A stretch of 64,000 nt of DNA from an uncultured bacterium (GCA_963749495.1 CAVVMW010000022.1:128001-192000), one strand, 5' to 3'; numbered from the stretch's first letter, positions 49,862 to 60,061 are shown. Numbers and translations: made by a program. Notes: a model not told the origin generated them from the letters alone.

Positions 49862-52800
49862 ATGATCGAGAATCAAGTTTTCAGGGGTTTGGTAATAGGC
49901 GTGGCCGCGAACGCCTTAACGTCCATCTTTGCGCTCGCCGGCAGAAAAGGCAAGGAGATGCTCAACGACAAGGAGGAGCTAAGAAAATTCTTAGAGGCCG
50001 ATGCTTCATTGGAGCGTATTCTTACTAGAGCCCTAACGGACTTCGCCAAGACAGGCGGTGCGCCACGTGACGTTGATTCCGAGCGGTTAAAAGTTTTTTT
50101 GCATTCACCGGATGTGGAAGCGATGTTCCGCCAGATGTATTCTTGCCGCCTGAGCGAAAGTACCTCAAACCGCGTGGAGGCGCTGGAAGCAGAGTTCCTC
50201 CTTTCTTTGTCGCTTTTCGTCGGCCAACCCGAGGCCAGTCTTTCCAACGTCGGCAAGCAGCTTTTCAGCCATTTAATGGAGGTCTGTGAAAGATCATTGT
50301 CCGTGTCGATCGACCGCGGGGTCCTCAGCGCTCACGAAGCCAAATCGGTCGCGAGGCATCGGCTCATCCTTGATGAGTTGGCGGGAATTCAAAAGAACCT
50401 GGCTTTTCTAAAAAGACCGCCGAAGGCCGAAATCGGTGAGATTCTGGAGTTCGAGGAGAAATACCGGCAGCAGGTAGCGGGCCGTCACGGCTACATCGTT
50501 CCCCCACATTTTGACGCAGCTCGTAAGCTACCCATCGATGACCTGTATGTTTGTTCGGACTTTACGGCAATCGGGAAACGAAAGCGCGAGCAGGCCAGGG
50601 AAATCAATTTCGAGCAGTTTGAGTCCGAATTGTATCGCGCCGTCGTCCTCGGCAATCCCGGTAGCGGCAAATCCAGGCTCTCCTTGAAACTGTGTCACAG
50701 TTTCTCGGGAAATTACGATCAACGGTCGTTGGGGGGAAGAAGGGTGACAACCGTCCTGGTTGTCCTCCGGGACTATGGTGCGGAGAAAAAGGCTCAGAAG
50801 TGCTCGATCGTTCAGTTTATCGAGCGAACCGCTAACGCAAAGTACCAAGTCGCTCCTCCGGAGGGTGCGTTCGAATATTTGCTCCTTAATGGCAGAGCCT
50901 TCATCATCTTTGATGGATTAGATGAACTGCTCGAGACGAATTACCGCCAAGAAATTAGTGCTGATATCGAATCATTTTGTGACCTCTATCCGTCAGTCCC
51001 GGTGTTGGTTACCTCAAGGGGGGTTGGTTACGAACAGGCACCGTTGGACCCCAGGAAATTCGAAGTGTTCCGTTTGTCGGAATTCGATCAGAACCAGGTG
51101 CTAGAGTACGCGAATAAATGGTTCGCCGCAGACAAGGATTTGACGCCCGATCAACAAACCCAAAAGGCCGCTTCATTTCTGGAGGAGAGTCAGAGTGTTC
51201 CCGATCTCCGGTCGAACCCGTTGATGTTGGCCTTGATGTGCAACATTTACCGTGGAGAAAGCTATATTCCGCGAAACCGGCCTGAGGTGTACGAGAAATG
51301 CGCGATTATGCTCTTCGAGCGCTGGGACAAGGGCCGTGGTATCCTGGTTCCTCTGCCGTTCGAGGCTCACATCAATCCTGCGATGAAGTTTCTTGCCCAC
51401 TGGATCTACTCTGACGCGAAGCTGCAGGCAGGCGTATCTGAGCACAATCTAGTTGGCAAGGCTACCGATTACCTTTGCACGTGGCGCTTCGAGGATAAAG
51501 AGGAGGCCCGCAGGGCTGCACAGGAGTTCATCGATTTTTGCCGCGGCAGAGCATGGGTGTTCACGGATACAGGAACAACGAAGCAAGGCGAGAGCCTCTA
51601 CCAATTCACACACAGGACATTTTTGGAGTACTTTACCGCAGCTCACCTGATCCGCACCCATGTGACGCCGAAAGAGCTTGGGAAAGTGCTTTTACCGAAG
51701 ATTGTGAAACGGGAATGGGATGTTGTTTCTCAGCTTGCGTTTCAGCTCCAGAATAAAAACGTCGAGGGTGCGGGGGACGATCTCCTTAGGCTTCTCTTGA
51801 AGGAGGCGGCCGGCTCCAGGAACAGCAGGTCTTAGAACTTGCTGTCATTTTCCGCTCGTTGCCTCGGGTTCATGGTTCCCACTCCCAAGATCACAAGGGA
51901 TGTGACAGGCATATGTCTCAAGCGCTTCACCCGAAGTGGTCGAATGACCTCTGAGGAGAACCACGAGGTTATTGGCGCTTTCTTGGCGCGGCTACCGAAA
52001 ACCAAGCTGTCGTGGCGAGGGTTTTCGAGGAGGTGCTGCAAGGGTTGGTTGCGAACCCATCTGATCAGTTTTGCCTCCTGGGCTTGGAATTTGTTATGAA
52101 TTTGTCCCATTTTCGTGGCCAGAGCACGGGCTTCCTTCGGCCTGAGCAACGGGAATTCTGGACCGGGTTTTCAAATCGGCTCACCGAGGACGTCGAGGAT
52201 AGAATCGAGAAGCTCGCTCCACAGCATTTCGGTTTGGCATACGATTTGTTTCGACAACGGAAGATCGCCCTTAAAACCCTCGTGGAATGGCATGGCTCCC
52301 AAGCTCTTTTCCGCGATCGAGGGTACGTCATCTTCCCGGGCACCGTTTCCTGGTCGGTGGCTGGGGGCATGTTGGGTCTGCTGGTTGGCGAGATGACGCC
52401 CCCACCCGAGAGCGTGCCAGATTGTCTCGAGGAAATCCGAGAAGTCGGCCGACTGGCGCTGGCTGGGGCCACTCAGCCGATAAAAGAGCCAAGACACCGG
52501 GACCGGTGGAGCATGTGGTTTCTTGATCCCGGCCGCCTCCCCTTTCGGGGCGGAGGCCCCATTCCCGAGATTCAAATGGATGCGGATCTCTATTTCGGTG
52601 CCTTTTGGCTGATGGGGTGCTGGTTTGAAGTTGTGGAGGGGGAGGTTCCTGCAGAGCACCTTGGCCATGTTCTGGAACGACAGCAACGCGGCTTAGGCCC
52701 GGCTGGGGGCGATCTCAGCCTCACGTTGTTAGCGCGCGCCCGGCCTCCCCTTCGCGAACAGATGCACGCGAAATTAGTGTCTCGGCGCTTGAGGCCGGAG

Positions 52801-52863
52801 CAGCAGGCGTTTATCTGCAGGTGGGCCAACGGAGAATTCAACATTTTGGCTCGACAGACCTGA
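49862..52863 (+). pseudogene. NACHT-domain (STAND) NTPase with an internal TAG (51833-51835) and a frameshift near 51980
   Basis: Walker A GNPGSGKS; Walker B FIIFDGLDE; VLVTSR; NPLML; YQFTHRTFLEYF; reading continues past the stop and in ORF 52012..52863. Confidence 0.85.
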
Positions 52864-53205
52864 TTTGTCCTTTGCCTCGTCCGCGGCACGACAACCCACG
52901 GACGTAAAAGGTGCCAGCGGCGGAGCCCCGACTCCCTCCACAGGGGCCTTGCGGCGGCCACGCCCGGCATGGCTGCTCCAGTGCCGCAAACCGTTCTGCC
53001 GTCGTTCTTGATGGGCTCGGGCAGAAGCAAAATGGCGGCAGCGGAGGCGGAAATTTATCAGGGTTGGACGGATGGAGCATGAGGGCAAGTGCGCATCCAG
53101 GTCACGTGGCGAGCACGCCCCGAAACCTCTCCTGTTGATACGACGAGCGCCCAAAAATTGTCCTGTTGACGCCCTCGGTGCAAACTGCGAATATTACTCA
53201 TTGTT

Positions 53206-53520
53206 ATGCTGGAAACGGTTGCCACACCACACGTTTGGACGGACGCCGACGGGCGGGCCTGGATCGACAGGACCAACGTCAAAGTGATCGAGGTAGTCCT
53301 GGATCATCTGGCGTATCGATGGAGTCCCGAGGAGATGCACTACCAACACCCGGAACTTTCGCTGGCGCAAATTCATGCCGCGCTGGCCTACTATTTCGAT
53401 CATCAATGCGGGTTCGATGAGCAGATCGAGGGCAGCCTGCGAGAGGCGGAAAAGCTGGCGGCAGAGGCGAAGGATTCCCCTCTCCGGCAGCGGTTGCGGC
53501 GGCTTGGGAAGCTGCCGTGA
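53206..53520 (+). CDS. DUF433 antitoxin
   Basis: G.AWIDRTNVKVIEVV...SPEEMHYQHPELSLAQIHAALAYYFDHQ. Confidence 0.9.
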   Translation: MLETVATPHVWTDADGRAWIDRTNVKVIEVVLDHLAYRWSPEEMHYQHPELSLAQIHAALAYYFDHQCGFDEQIEGSLREAEKLAAEAKDSPLRQRLRRLGKLP

Positions 53521-53867
53521 GCATCCCGCTCTACATGGATGTGCATGTCCCCGCTCCGATTACACGTGCTTTGGTGCGCCGCGGGGTGGACGTCAAGACG
53601 GCGCAGGAGGACGGCACCACCGAGTTGGAGGATCAGCAACTGCTGGACCGGGCCACAGCGTTGAACCGGGCTCTGTTTACAAGAGACGAGGACCTGCTGG
53701 CCGAAGCGAAAATGCGGCAACAGGCAGGGCGATTCTTTGCGGGCGTCATCTACGCTCATCAACTTCGTGTGACGATTGGCAGGTGCATCAGCGATTTGGA
53801 AATCATTGCAGCGGCCGGCCAGCCAGAGGACCTTCACAACCGCGTGGAGCATTTACCACTGCGATAG
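53517..53867 (+). CDS. DUF5615 PIN-like toxin (VapC45 type)
   Basis: LYMDVHVP..ITRAL..RGVDV.TAQEDG...D..LLDRA...R.LFTRDED. Confidence 0.9.
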   Translation: MSIPLYMDVHVPAPITRALVRRGVDVKTAQEDGTTELEDQQLLDRATALNRALFTRDEDLLAEAKMRQQAGRFFAGVIYAHQLRVTIGRCISDLEIIAAAGQPEDLHNRVEHLPLR

Positions 53868-53889
53868 ACCCAGATGGGCACGTAGCTCC

Positions 53890-54870
53890 ATGAGTGTTTC
53901 GCGCCAGAGACTCGTGGAGCAGGCGATCTGGTTTGGTTTCCCGGAACGCGTTCCGGTTGTCTTCTGGAACCGTGATCAGGAGCAAGGGGACATCATGCTT
54001 TACCATCTGGCGCTGGGCGCGGCGGGTGATGGCACACCGAACGCCTGGAACTGGGCCAAGAACGAGTGGGGCTATCGGCTGGAATCACTCGGAGATGGCA
54101 CGATGGGCCATCCTGTAGCGCCGTTCTATCCGGAGTTGCCGGACCCTGAGGTCATTCGGGTGCCGCTGTTGCGCGAGGCCGAGCGCATGTCCGCCGTGCC
54201 GGCGTTTCTCCGGGCCTGTGGCGACCGCTACCGCCTGGCCAGTCTGGACCTGAGCGGCTTCACGGTCTATACGCTGCTCCGCGGCTTTGAAAATGCCATG
54301 CAGGATTTTCTGCTGAACCCTGAAGGCTTTGCGGCTTTGATGGACCGGATCATCGCCTTTGAGCGCGAGTTGATGCGCTTGGCCGCAGACTACGGATTTC
54401 ATGGCATCCACTTTGCCGACGATTGGGGCACGCAGACCGGCTTGATCATTTCGCCGGAGTTGTGGCGGCGACTGTTCAGACCTCGGTACGCACGCCAGTT
54501 CGCCCTGGCCCACGAATTGGGCCTGGACACCTGGTTTCACTGCTGCGGCAAGTTCGACTTGATCATGGACGACTTCCACGAGATCGGCGCGGACGTGATC
54601 AACATCTCGCAGCCCAACGTGGTGGATGTGGCGGTCGTGGGCCGCCGGCTGCGCGGGAGGCAATGTTTCATGGTGCCCATCAGCTATCAGACCGTCTCCA
54701 TCCGTGGCACGCCGGCAGAGATTCACGCGGAGGCCCGGCGCCTTTACGAGCTGCTGGGCGCGCCTTCGGGCGGTTTTGTGGGCTACGTCGAGGAGTATAG
54801 CGTCATGGGCATGTCTGCAGAGAATTATCGCGCTTGCGCCCAGGCATTCCGCCAGGTCGGCCCAGGGTAA
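53890..54870 (+). CDS. Uroporphyrinogen decarboxylase / MtaA-CmuA-like family protein
   Basis: LRGFENAM.D; FADDWGTQ.GL.ISP..WR..F.P.Y; FHCCG; GTPAEI. Confidence 0.85.
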   Translation: MSVSRQRLVEQAIWFGFPERVPVVFWNRDQEQGDIMLYHLALGAAGDGTPNAWNWAKNEWGYRLESLGDGTMGHPVAPFYPELPDPEVIRVPLLREAERMSAVPAFLRACGDRYRLASLDLSGFTVYTLLRGFENAMQDFLLNPEGFAALMDRIIAFERELMRLAADYGFHGIHFADDWGTQTGLIISPELWRRLFRPRYARQFALAHELGLDTWFHCCGKFDLIMDDFHEIGADVINISQPNVVDVAVVGRRLRGRQCFMVPISYQTVSIRGTPAEIHAEARRLYELLGAPSGGFVGYVEEYSVMGMSAENYRACAQAFRQVGPG

Positions 54871-54908
54871 CCCCGCCCTTTCTTGCGAAAGGGCGGGGTT
54901 GCCCTGGG
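54861..54908. repeat. Long GC hairpin overlapping the stop codon (family-B-like half element or terminator)
   Basis: CCCAGGGTAACCCCGCCCTTTC-TTGC-GAAAGGGCGGGGTTGCCCTGGG. Confidence 0.7.
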
Positions 54909-54997
54909 CTGAGTGATCACAAGCCCTTCGGCTACTGAGATGGTGACCCGCGGCTCTCTCTCCCGTGGTTGTGACGACCAGGTGCGCCCGGCCTTAC

Positions 54998-55200
54998 AGG
55001 GCCGTTGGCAAAGTCGGTCGGCGCGCCTGTGCGCCAGGGGCGCCAGCGTAGCGCAGGTTTCCAAACCTGCTGTATCGCGGGTTTCCAAACCCGCAGGCGG
55101 TCCGCAAACCGGGGGCGCTCGATATGCCTACGCCCTGCCGATTGGAAATCGGCGAAACAGCAGGTTTGGAAACCTGCGCTACGACTTTGTCAACGGCCCT
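54998..55200. repeat. GTAG-type REP doublet wrapped in 19-bp terminal inverted repeats
   Basis: Perfect 26-bp IR GTAGCGCAGGTTTCCAAACCTGCTGT (55048) / ...CTAC (55182); outer AGGGCCGTTGGCAAAGTCG / CGACTTTGTCAACGGCCCT. Confidence 0.88.
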
Positions 55201-55271
55201 GCCCGGCCTTACCGGTGGTTGGCGAAATAGCTGGAGCGGCGTTGGGTCGCGGCGTTAGAATGTTTCCGAAT

Positions 55272-56075
55272 ATGAAGACACTGGTCCCTCGCACAGCGTC
55301 CATGAATCGCCGCGGCGCAGAAAGCAAACCCCTTTCAGGATCGGTTGCTCTGGTGACGGGTGGCACCAAGGGTATTGGGGCCGCCACGGCGATCGCCCTG
55401 GCAGGGGAGGGGGCCGATGCAGCCATCGTGGGGCGGCACGTGGACGCCGAGGCGAACGAGACGCGGCGGCGCATCGAGGCGCTGGGCCGCAGATGCTTGG
55501 TCATCCGCGCCGATGTCGGCGTGGGCCTCGAGGCCGCGCGGTGCGTGGAGGAGACGGCCCGGGAGCTTGGGCCGGTCGATGTGCTGGTCCACGCAGCGGG
55601 CGGGCCGGTCAATGGCGGGCTGTTAGAATTGACGCCCGAGGCCTGGCACTCCGCCTTTGATGTGCACGTCCACGCCATTTTCCACCTTTGCCGGGCGGCC
55701 ATTCCGGCCATGAAACAAAAAAAGCGGGGCGCGATCATCCTGATCTCATCGGCGGCCGGGATTCGCGGGGTCAAGACCAATGTGGCGTACCAGGCCGTCA
55801 AGGGCGCGTTGCCGCAACTGACCCGGGCCCTGGCCTACGAGTTTGCGAACGATAACATCCGCGTCAATTGCGTCGCCCCCGGCGTGATTCGCACGGCTTT
55901 TCACGCCACGATGCCGGCGCAGGTGAAACAAAACAACCTGGAGAATCGAATCCCGCTGCACCGCGAAGGCACTCCCGAGCAGGTCGCCAGCCTGATCCGC
56001 GAATTGGTGACCAACGATTACATCACCGGTGAAACCGTCTCGGTGGATGGCGGATTGACGATGCGGATTTGCTAG
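55272..56075 (+). CDS. SDR-family oxidoreductase
   Basis: ALVTGGTKGIG; YQAVK; NIRVNCVAPG; YITGETVSVDGG. Confidence 0.93.
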   Translation: MKTLVPRTASMNRRGAESKPLSGSVALVTGGTKGIGAATAIALAGEGADAAIVGRHVDAEANETRRRIEALGRRCLVIRADVGVGLEAARCVEETARELGPVDVLVHAAGGPVNGGLLELTPEAWHSAFDVHVHAIFHLCRAAIPAMKQKKRGAIILISSAAGIRGVKTNVAYQAVKGALPQLTRALAYEFANDNIRVNCVAPGVIRTAFHATMPAQVKQNNLENRIPLHREGTPEQVASLIRELVTNDYITGETVSVDGGLTMRIC

Positions 56076-56085
56076 GGAACTGCCC

Positions 56086-56180
56086 CGTGAAACGTGAAAC
56101 GTGAAAGGTGAACCTTTTCCGATGCCTCGCGGGTTATCTATCGCTTTTCACGTTTCACGTTTCACGTTTCACGTTTCACG
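56086..56180. repeat. Inverted heptamer arrays (CGTGAAA)3 / (TTTCACG)5
   Basis: Read directly in the intergenic region between the SDR and MFS genes. Confidence 0.85.
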
Positions 56181-56192
56181 GCGCTACCGGCC

Positions 56193-57446
56193 ATGGCTGA
56201 ACCACAACTGAACGCTGAGACAGAGCCCTCGGGTTTGCGCTGGGTGATGGTTGGTCTGATCTTCCTGGCCACGGTTATCAATTACCTTTGCCGCCAGGCC
56301 TATTCGGTCTCGGCCACGACCCTCCAACAGGTCTTTTCCCTCTCCAATGAAGACTATGGCCTGCTCACCTCCGGCTTTTTCTTCGCTTACGCCGTCAGCA
56401 ACGGCGTGTCCGGGCCGCTCATCGATCGGCTGGGCGCCAAGCGCGGTTACCTCCTCTGCATGTTCCTATGGAGTTCCGCCGTCGGGCTGATCGGCGCGGC
56501 CCAAAATGTCTGGATGCTCGCCGGCTTCCTGATGCTGCTGGGGCTGGGCGAGGCCGGCAACTGGCCCGCCGCCGTTAAGGTCGTTAGTGAATGGTTCCCG
56601 CCGCGGGAGCGCTCACTCGCCTCGGGGATCTTCAACAGCGGCGCCGGCATCGGGGCCCTGGTCGGCCCAACCGCCGTGGGGTTGCTGCTCATCCACCTTG
56701 GCTGGCGTCCGGCGTTTGTCATCGTCGGGCTCATTGGCTATGTCTGGCTGATCGGCTTTGCCCTGGTTTACCGCACCCCGGACAGCGTCGCCGCCGAGGT
56801 GAGCGCGCGCCCGCCGCCCCCCTGGCGCCTGCTCAAGACCCGCTTCCTTTTGTTTTTTGCGCTGTCGAAGCTGTTCATGGACCCGGTCTGGTATTTCTAC
56901 GTCTTCTGGCTGCCCAAGTTTCTGATCGAGGTACACCACTTCAATCTCAAACAGATGGTCTGGCTGGCGCCGGTTCCCTTCATCATCGCGGATATCGGCA
57001 ATCTGGCGGGCGGGGGCTTCACGCAGCTCCTGATCTCACGTGGCATTCCCATTCCGCACGCCCGCAAGACCGGCGCCGCCGTCTTCGGGTTGCTCATGGT
57101 TTCGGCCATCCCAGCCATCATCACTCATGATCCTTATGTGTCGATTGCGATGGTTTCCATCGCGATGTTCGGCTATACCGGCTACCTGGCCAACACCCTG
57201 GCCTTTCCAGCGGAGGTGTTCCCGAAAAACGCGCTTGGCTCGATTTGGGGCCTGGCCAGCATGGGTTCGGGTTTGGGCGGCATGTTTTTCCAATGGCTCT
57301 CGGGCCGGATGGTGGACCGGTTCGGCTATTACCCGGTCTTTATCGGGTATGGCATCATGCCGTTGATCGCGGTGGCCATTATGCTGTTCCTTATCGGGCC
57401 GTTGCGCCCGAACCCGCGCTTCCAAAATCTAACTGAACCTATCTGA
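56193..57446 (+). CDS. MFS transporter, ExuT/hexuronate (ACS) type
   Basis: LRW..GLIFLATVINYL.RQ; GEAGNWPAAVKVVSEWFP..ERSLASGIFNSG; DPVWYFY.FWLP. Confidence 0.9.
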   Translation: MAEPQLNAETEPSGLRWVMVGLIFLATVINYLCRQAYSVSATTLQQVFSLSNEDYGLLTSGFFFAYAVSNGVSGPLIDRLGAKRGYLLCMFLWSSAVGLIGAAQNVWMLAGFLMLLGLGEAGNWPAAVKVVSEWFPPRERSLASGIFNSGAGIGALVGPTAVGLLLIHLGWRPAFVIVGLIGYVWLIGFALVYRTPDSVAAEVSARPPPPWRLLKTRFLLFFALSKLFMDPVWYFYVFWLPKFLIEVHHFNLKQMVWLAPVPFIIADIGNLAGGGFTQLLISRGIPIPHARKTGAAVFGLLMVSAIPAIITHDPYVSIAMVSIAMFGYTGYLANTLAFPAEVFPKNALGSIWGLASMGSGLGGMFFQWLSGRMVDRFGYYPVFIGYGIMPLIAVAIMLFLIGPLRPNPRFQNLTEPI

Positions 57447-57449
57447 AAT

Positions 57450-59726
57450 ATGAAAACACCGATTCACGGGCGGAGCCGTGGCGGGGCACATCCCGACACC
57501 GCCCCCGGAACGCCGCATTTATGCGGCAGCAGCCTCAAGATCCGACGAGCCTGCCGGCTAAAGCCGGCGTTCCCGGGGGCAGGGCGGGGGTTCGCCTTCT
57601 GTCGCGCCTGTCTTCAAATCTGCCTTTTCACCGTGGCGCTCCCGGCGAGCTTCGCCGCCGATCTCAAGTGGATTCAAACAGCGCGCGTGTTCTTGATCGA
57701 CGCTTATCAGCCGCCTTTTGCGCCGAAACTCGAGTACGACGCCGAGGCGCTGGCGCGGACGATGGCCGAGATGCGCGCCAACACGGTGCGCATCTCGACC
57801 ATGGGAAAGTACGCGACGATTCAAGGGGTCCGGTTTTCCACGCATCCCGATCTGGGCGCACGGGATGTGCTGGCGGAGACAATAGCCGCCTGCAAACCGC
57901 GCGGCATCCGCACCGTTGCCTACATCTCGACCGGACACAAGCTGGCCTGGTCGATGGTGACCCGGGATTATCCGGAATACGCGCAACGGGTGCGTCCCGG
58001 CGGCGGACCCAACCGCGACCACATGTATGTGGGGGAGGACCATGGGACAGTGTGTTGGAACACTCCCTATAGGAAGGCTTACCTGGACCTCGTGGAGCAT
58101 GTGGCGCGGGACTATGCGGTGGATGGGCTCTACTTCGACACCTGGCGCCCCTTCTACTTCTGGCCGGGACTGAAGGTCTGCTATTGCGATGGCTGCCGAA
58201 ACGGTTTTCAGCGGGCCTCGGGCAAGGCTCTCCCGTGGCATGAGCAGGAAAGGGATTACACCAGGCAAGACCACGAGGTCATCGCGGAGTATCACCAATG
58301 GTACCAGGAACAACTGATGAGCGTCCTGGAGGAGGTTCGGCGGGTGGCAAAGGCTCACAAAGATATTCCGCTGATTTATAACCTGAACAATGCGGAGAAT
58401 ATGGCGAATGAGGACCCGCGCATTCTCAGGGCGATGGACGCCTTTCTGTACGAGCGCGGCCACTCGCTGCTGGAGCGCGCCGAAGGCGTCAGCCTGGCCC
58501 GCGCGGCGGGATTGGGCGTCTGGCCTTACGTGGGGGTTTACAACAACTGGCCTCGTGTCATCCCCAATGGGCTGGACTATCAGCAGGAGATCTTCACCAC
58601 CGCGGCCTTTGGCGGGGCGCCCATTGTTGCCCAGCCCTACGCATACGTGACGCAGTCGGCAAACCGGCGTTGGGTCAGCTTCCCCTTCTCCGTCCTGAAG
58701 GACCTGGAGCGGGAACTCCAGGGGGCTGAGAATGAGCCATACGTTGCCGTCGTGCAAGCGACTCGGAACCCGCCGGGGCATGCGCGAACCGGGTGGTTTT
58801 GGAGCGCGGATGTCCGGTCATCCACGCTCGGCGCGTTTGCCGCCTGCCTCTGCGGTCATGTTCAGGTCTCCTCCCTTCCCCAGACGGTGCTGGATGAGCC
58901 CGAGAAGTTGGCCCGCTATCGGGTCCTTTATCTGGCGGATATCCCCCAACTCACGTCCCGCCGCCGGGAGAACCTCGAACGGTTTGTCGAGAACGGCGGC
59001 GGACTGTTGGCTTGCTTTGGGACGTCGCTCTACGGCGCGTCGGGCGAGCGCCTGGAACGATTCGATCTTGAACGTCTGTTGCGGGTTCGCCCGGCGCATC
59101 CGCAGGGGGAGCTCGCGGAAACCCTGAACAGCTACCGGTGCATGACCGGCGGACCCAACGACCTGTATCTCACCCCGCACGCCACCCTCGATGGCCCGCT
59201 GGTGCCACTCGGGTACTTCGAACCGGTCGAGGTGCTGGACGGCGGGTCCACGATGATGGATATCGTCACTGGCGATGGACGCCGTCCGATTCTGCCGGGT
59301 GTCGTTACCTCCACCCACGGCCAAGGCCGCGTGGTCTATCTCGCATCGTCCCTGGAGAGTCTCTACCATTCGACGAAGGAGTCGGTGCTGGGCAGTTGTC
59401 TGCGAAATCTGGTCGAATATGCCGCCGCCACGCCGCCGCCTTATCAGGTCACCGCACCGAGCTCGCTGATTGCCAACTTGACCCGGAATGGAAACCGCCG
59501 CGTGCTCCACTTGTTGAACTGGACCACCGAGCCGGACAACGAGAGCGGATACTTGCCTCCCGTCGAGAATGTTCGCGTGCGTTTGAGGATACCCGAGGGC
59601 AGGCAGGTGCGCCGGCTGGCGGGTTTCCCCGCCAGGTCGTTCCAACACAAGCAATCCGGGCAAGAACTGGAATTGCGCTTCCCTCGGATCGATGCTTACG
59701 AGGGGATCACTTTTGAATTGCAGTGA
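57450..59726 (+). CDS. Secreted glycoside hydrolase-like protein (GHL6/TIM barrel plus beta-galactosidase trimerisation-like domain)
   Basis: D.LAETIAAC..RGIR.VAY; DGLYFD; CYCDGC; L.RFVENGGGLLA; VLHLLNWT. Confidence 0.8.
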   Translation: MKTPIHGRSRGGAHPDTAPGTPHLCGSSLKIRRACRLKPAFPGAGRGFAFCRACLQICLFTVALPASFAADLKWIQTARVFLIDAYQPPFAPKLEYDAEALARTMAEMRANTVRISTMGKYATIQGVRFSTHPDLGARDVLAETIAACKPRGIRTVAYISTGHKLAWSMVTRDYPEYAQRVRPGGGPNRDHMYVGEDHGTVCWNTPYRKAYLDLVEHVARDYAVDGLYFDTWRPFYFWPGLKVCYCDGCRNGFQRASGKALPWHEQERDYTRQDHEVIAEYHQWYQEQLMSVLEEVRRVAKAHKDIPLIYNLNNAENMANEDPRILRAMDAFLYERGHSLLERAEGVSLARAAGLGVWPYVGVYNNWPRVIPNGLDYQQEIFTTAAFGGAPIVAQPYAYVTQSANRRWVSFPFSVLKDLERELQGAENEPYVAVVQATRNPPGHARTGWFWSADVRSSTLGAFAACLCGHVQVSSLPQTVLDEPEKLARYRVLYLADIPQLTSRRRENLERFVENGGGLLACFGTSLYGASGERLERFDLERLLRVRPAHPQGELAETLNSYRCMTGGPNDLYLTPHATLDGPLVPLGYFEPVEVLDGGSTMMDIVTGDGRRPILPGVVTSTHGQGRVVYLASSLESLYHSTKESVLGSCLRNLVEYAAATPPPYQVTAPSSLIANLTRNGNRRVLHLLNWTTEPDNESGYLPPVENVRVRLRIPEGRQVRRLAGFPARSFQHKQSGQELELRFPRIDAYEGITFELQ
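57502..57579. repeat. 78-bp REP-like palindrome in frame in the N-terminal coding region
   Basis: CCCCCGGAACGCCGCATTTATGCGGCAG...CTGCCGGCTAAAGCCGGCGTTCCCGGGGG. Confidence 0.7.
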
Positions 59727-59760
59727 GGCCGAACGCCGCCGCCGGATGGACGGACTGTCG

Positions 59761-59916
59761 GGCAGACCCCTCACCCCGGCCCTCTCCCCTTCCAGGGGAG
59801 AGGGAGAGGCGTCGGCGGTCTCGGGAGCTTCGAGGCGTCTGCGCTTCCACAAAGGGCCGCCCAGAGGTCTCCCTCTCCCCTTCGGAAGGGGAGAGGGCCG
59901 GGGTGAGGGGTCTGCC
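59761..59916. repeat. PLTPALSP-type palindromic element
   Basis: Perfect IR GGCAGACCCCTCACCCCGGCCCTCTCCCCT / GGGGAGAGGGCCGGGGTGAGGGGTCTGCC with internal hairpins. Confidence 0.88.
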
Positions 59917-60061
59917 CTTGTGCCGCTCCTGCTTTCAGTAAACCCTTGCCGTTGAGTGTTGATTTCCGACTGCGTTTGGGCATTTTGGGTTTATGGGCAG
60001 ATGTGGATTCGTGGCCAGTGGTGTGGATGTGACGCGCGTAGTCAATTTGGTGAGTTCCTCG

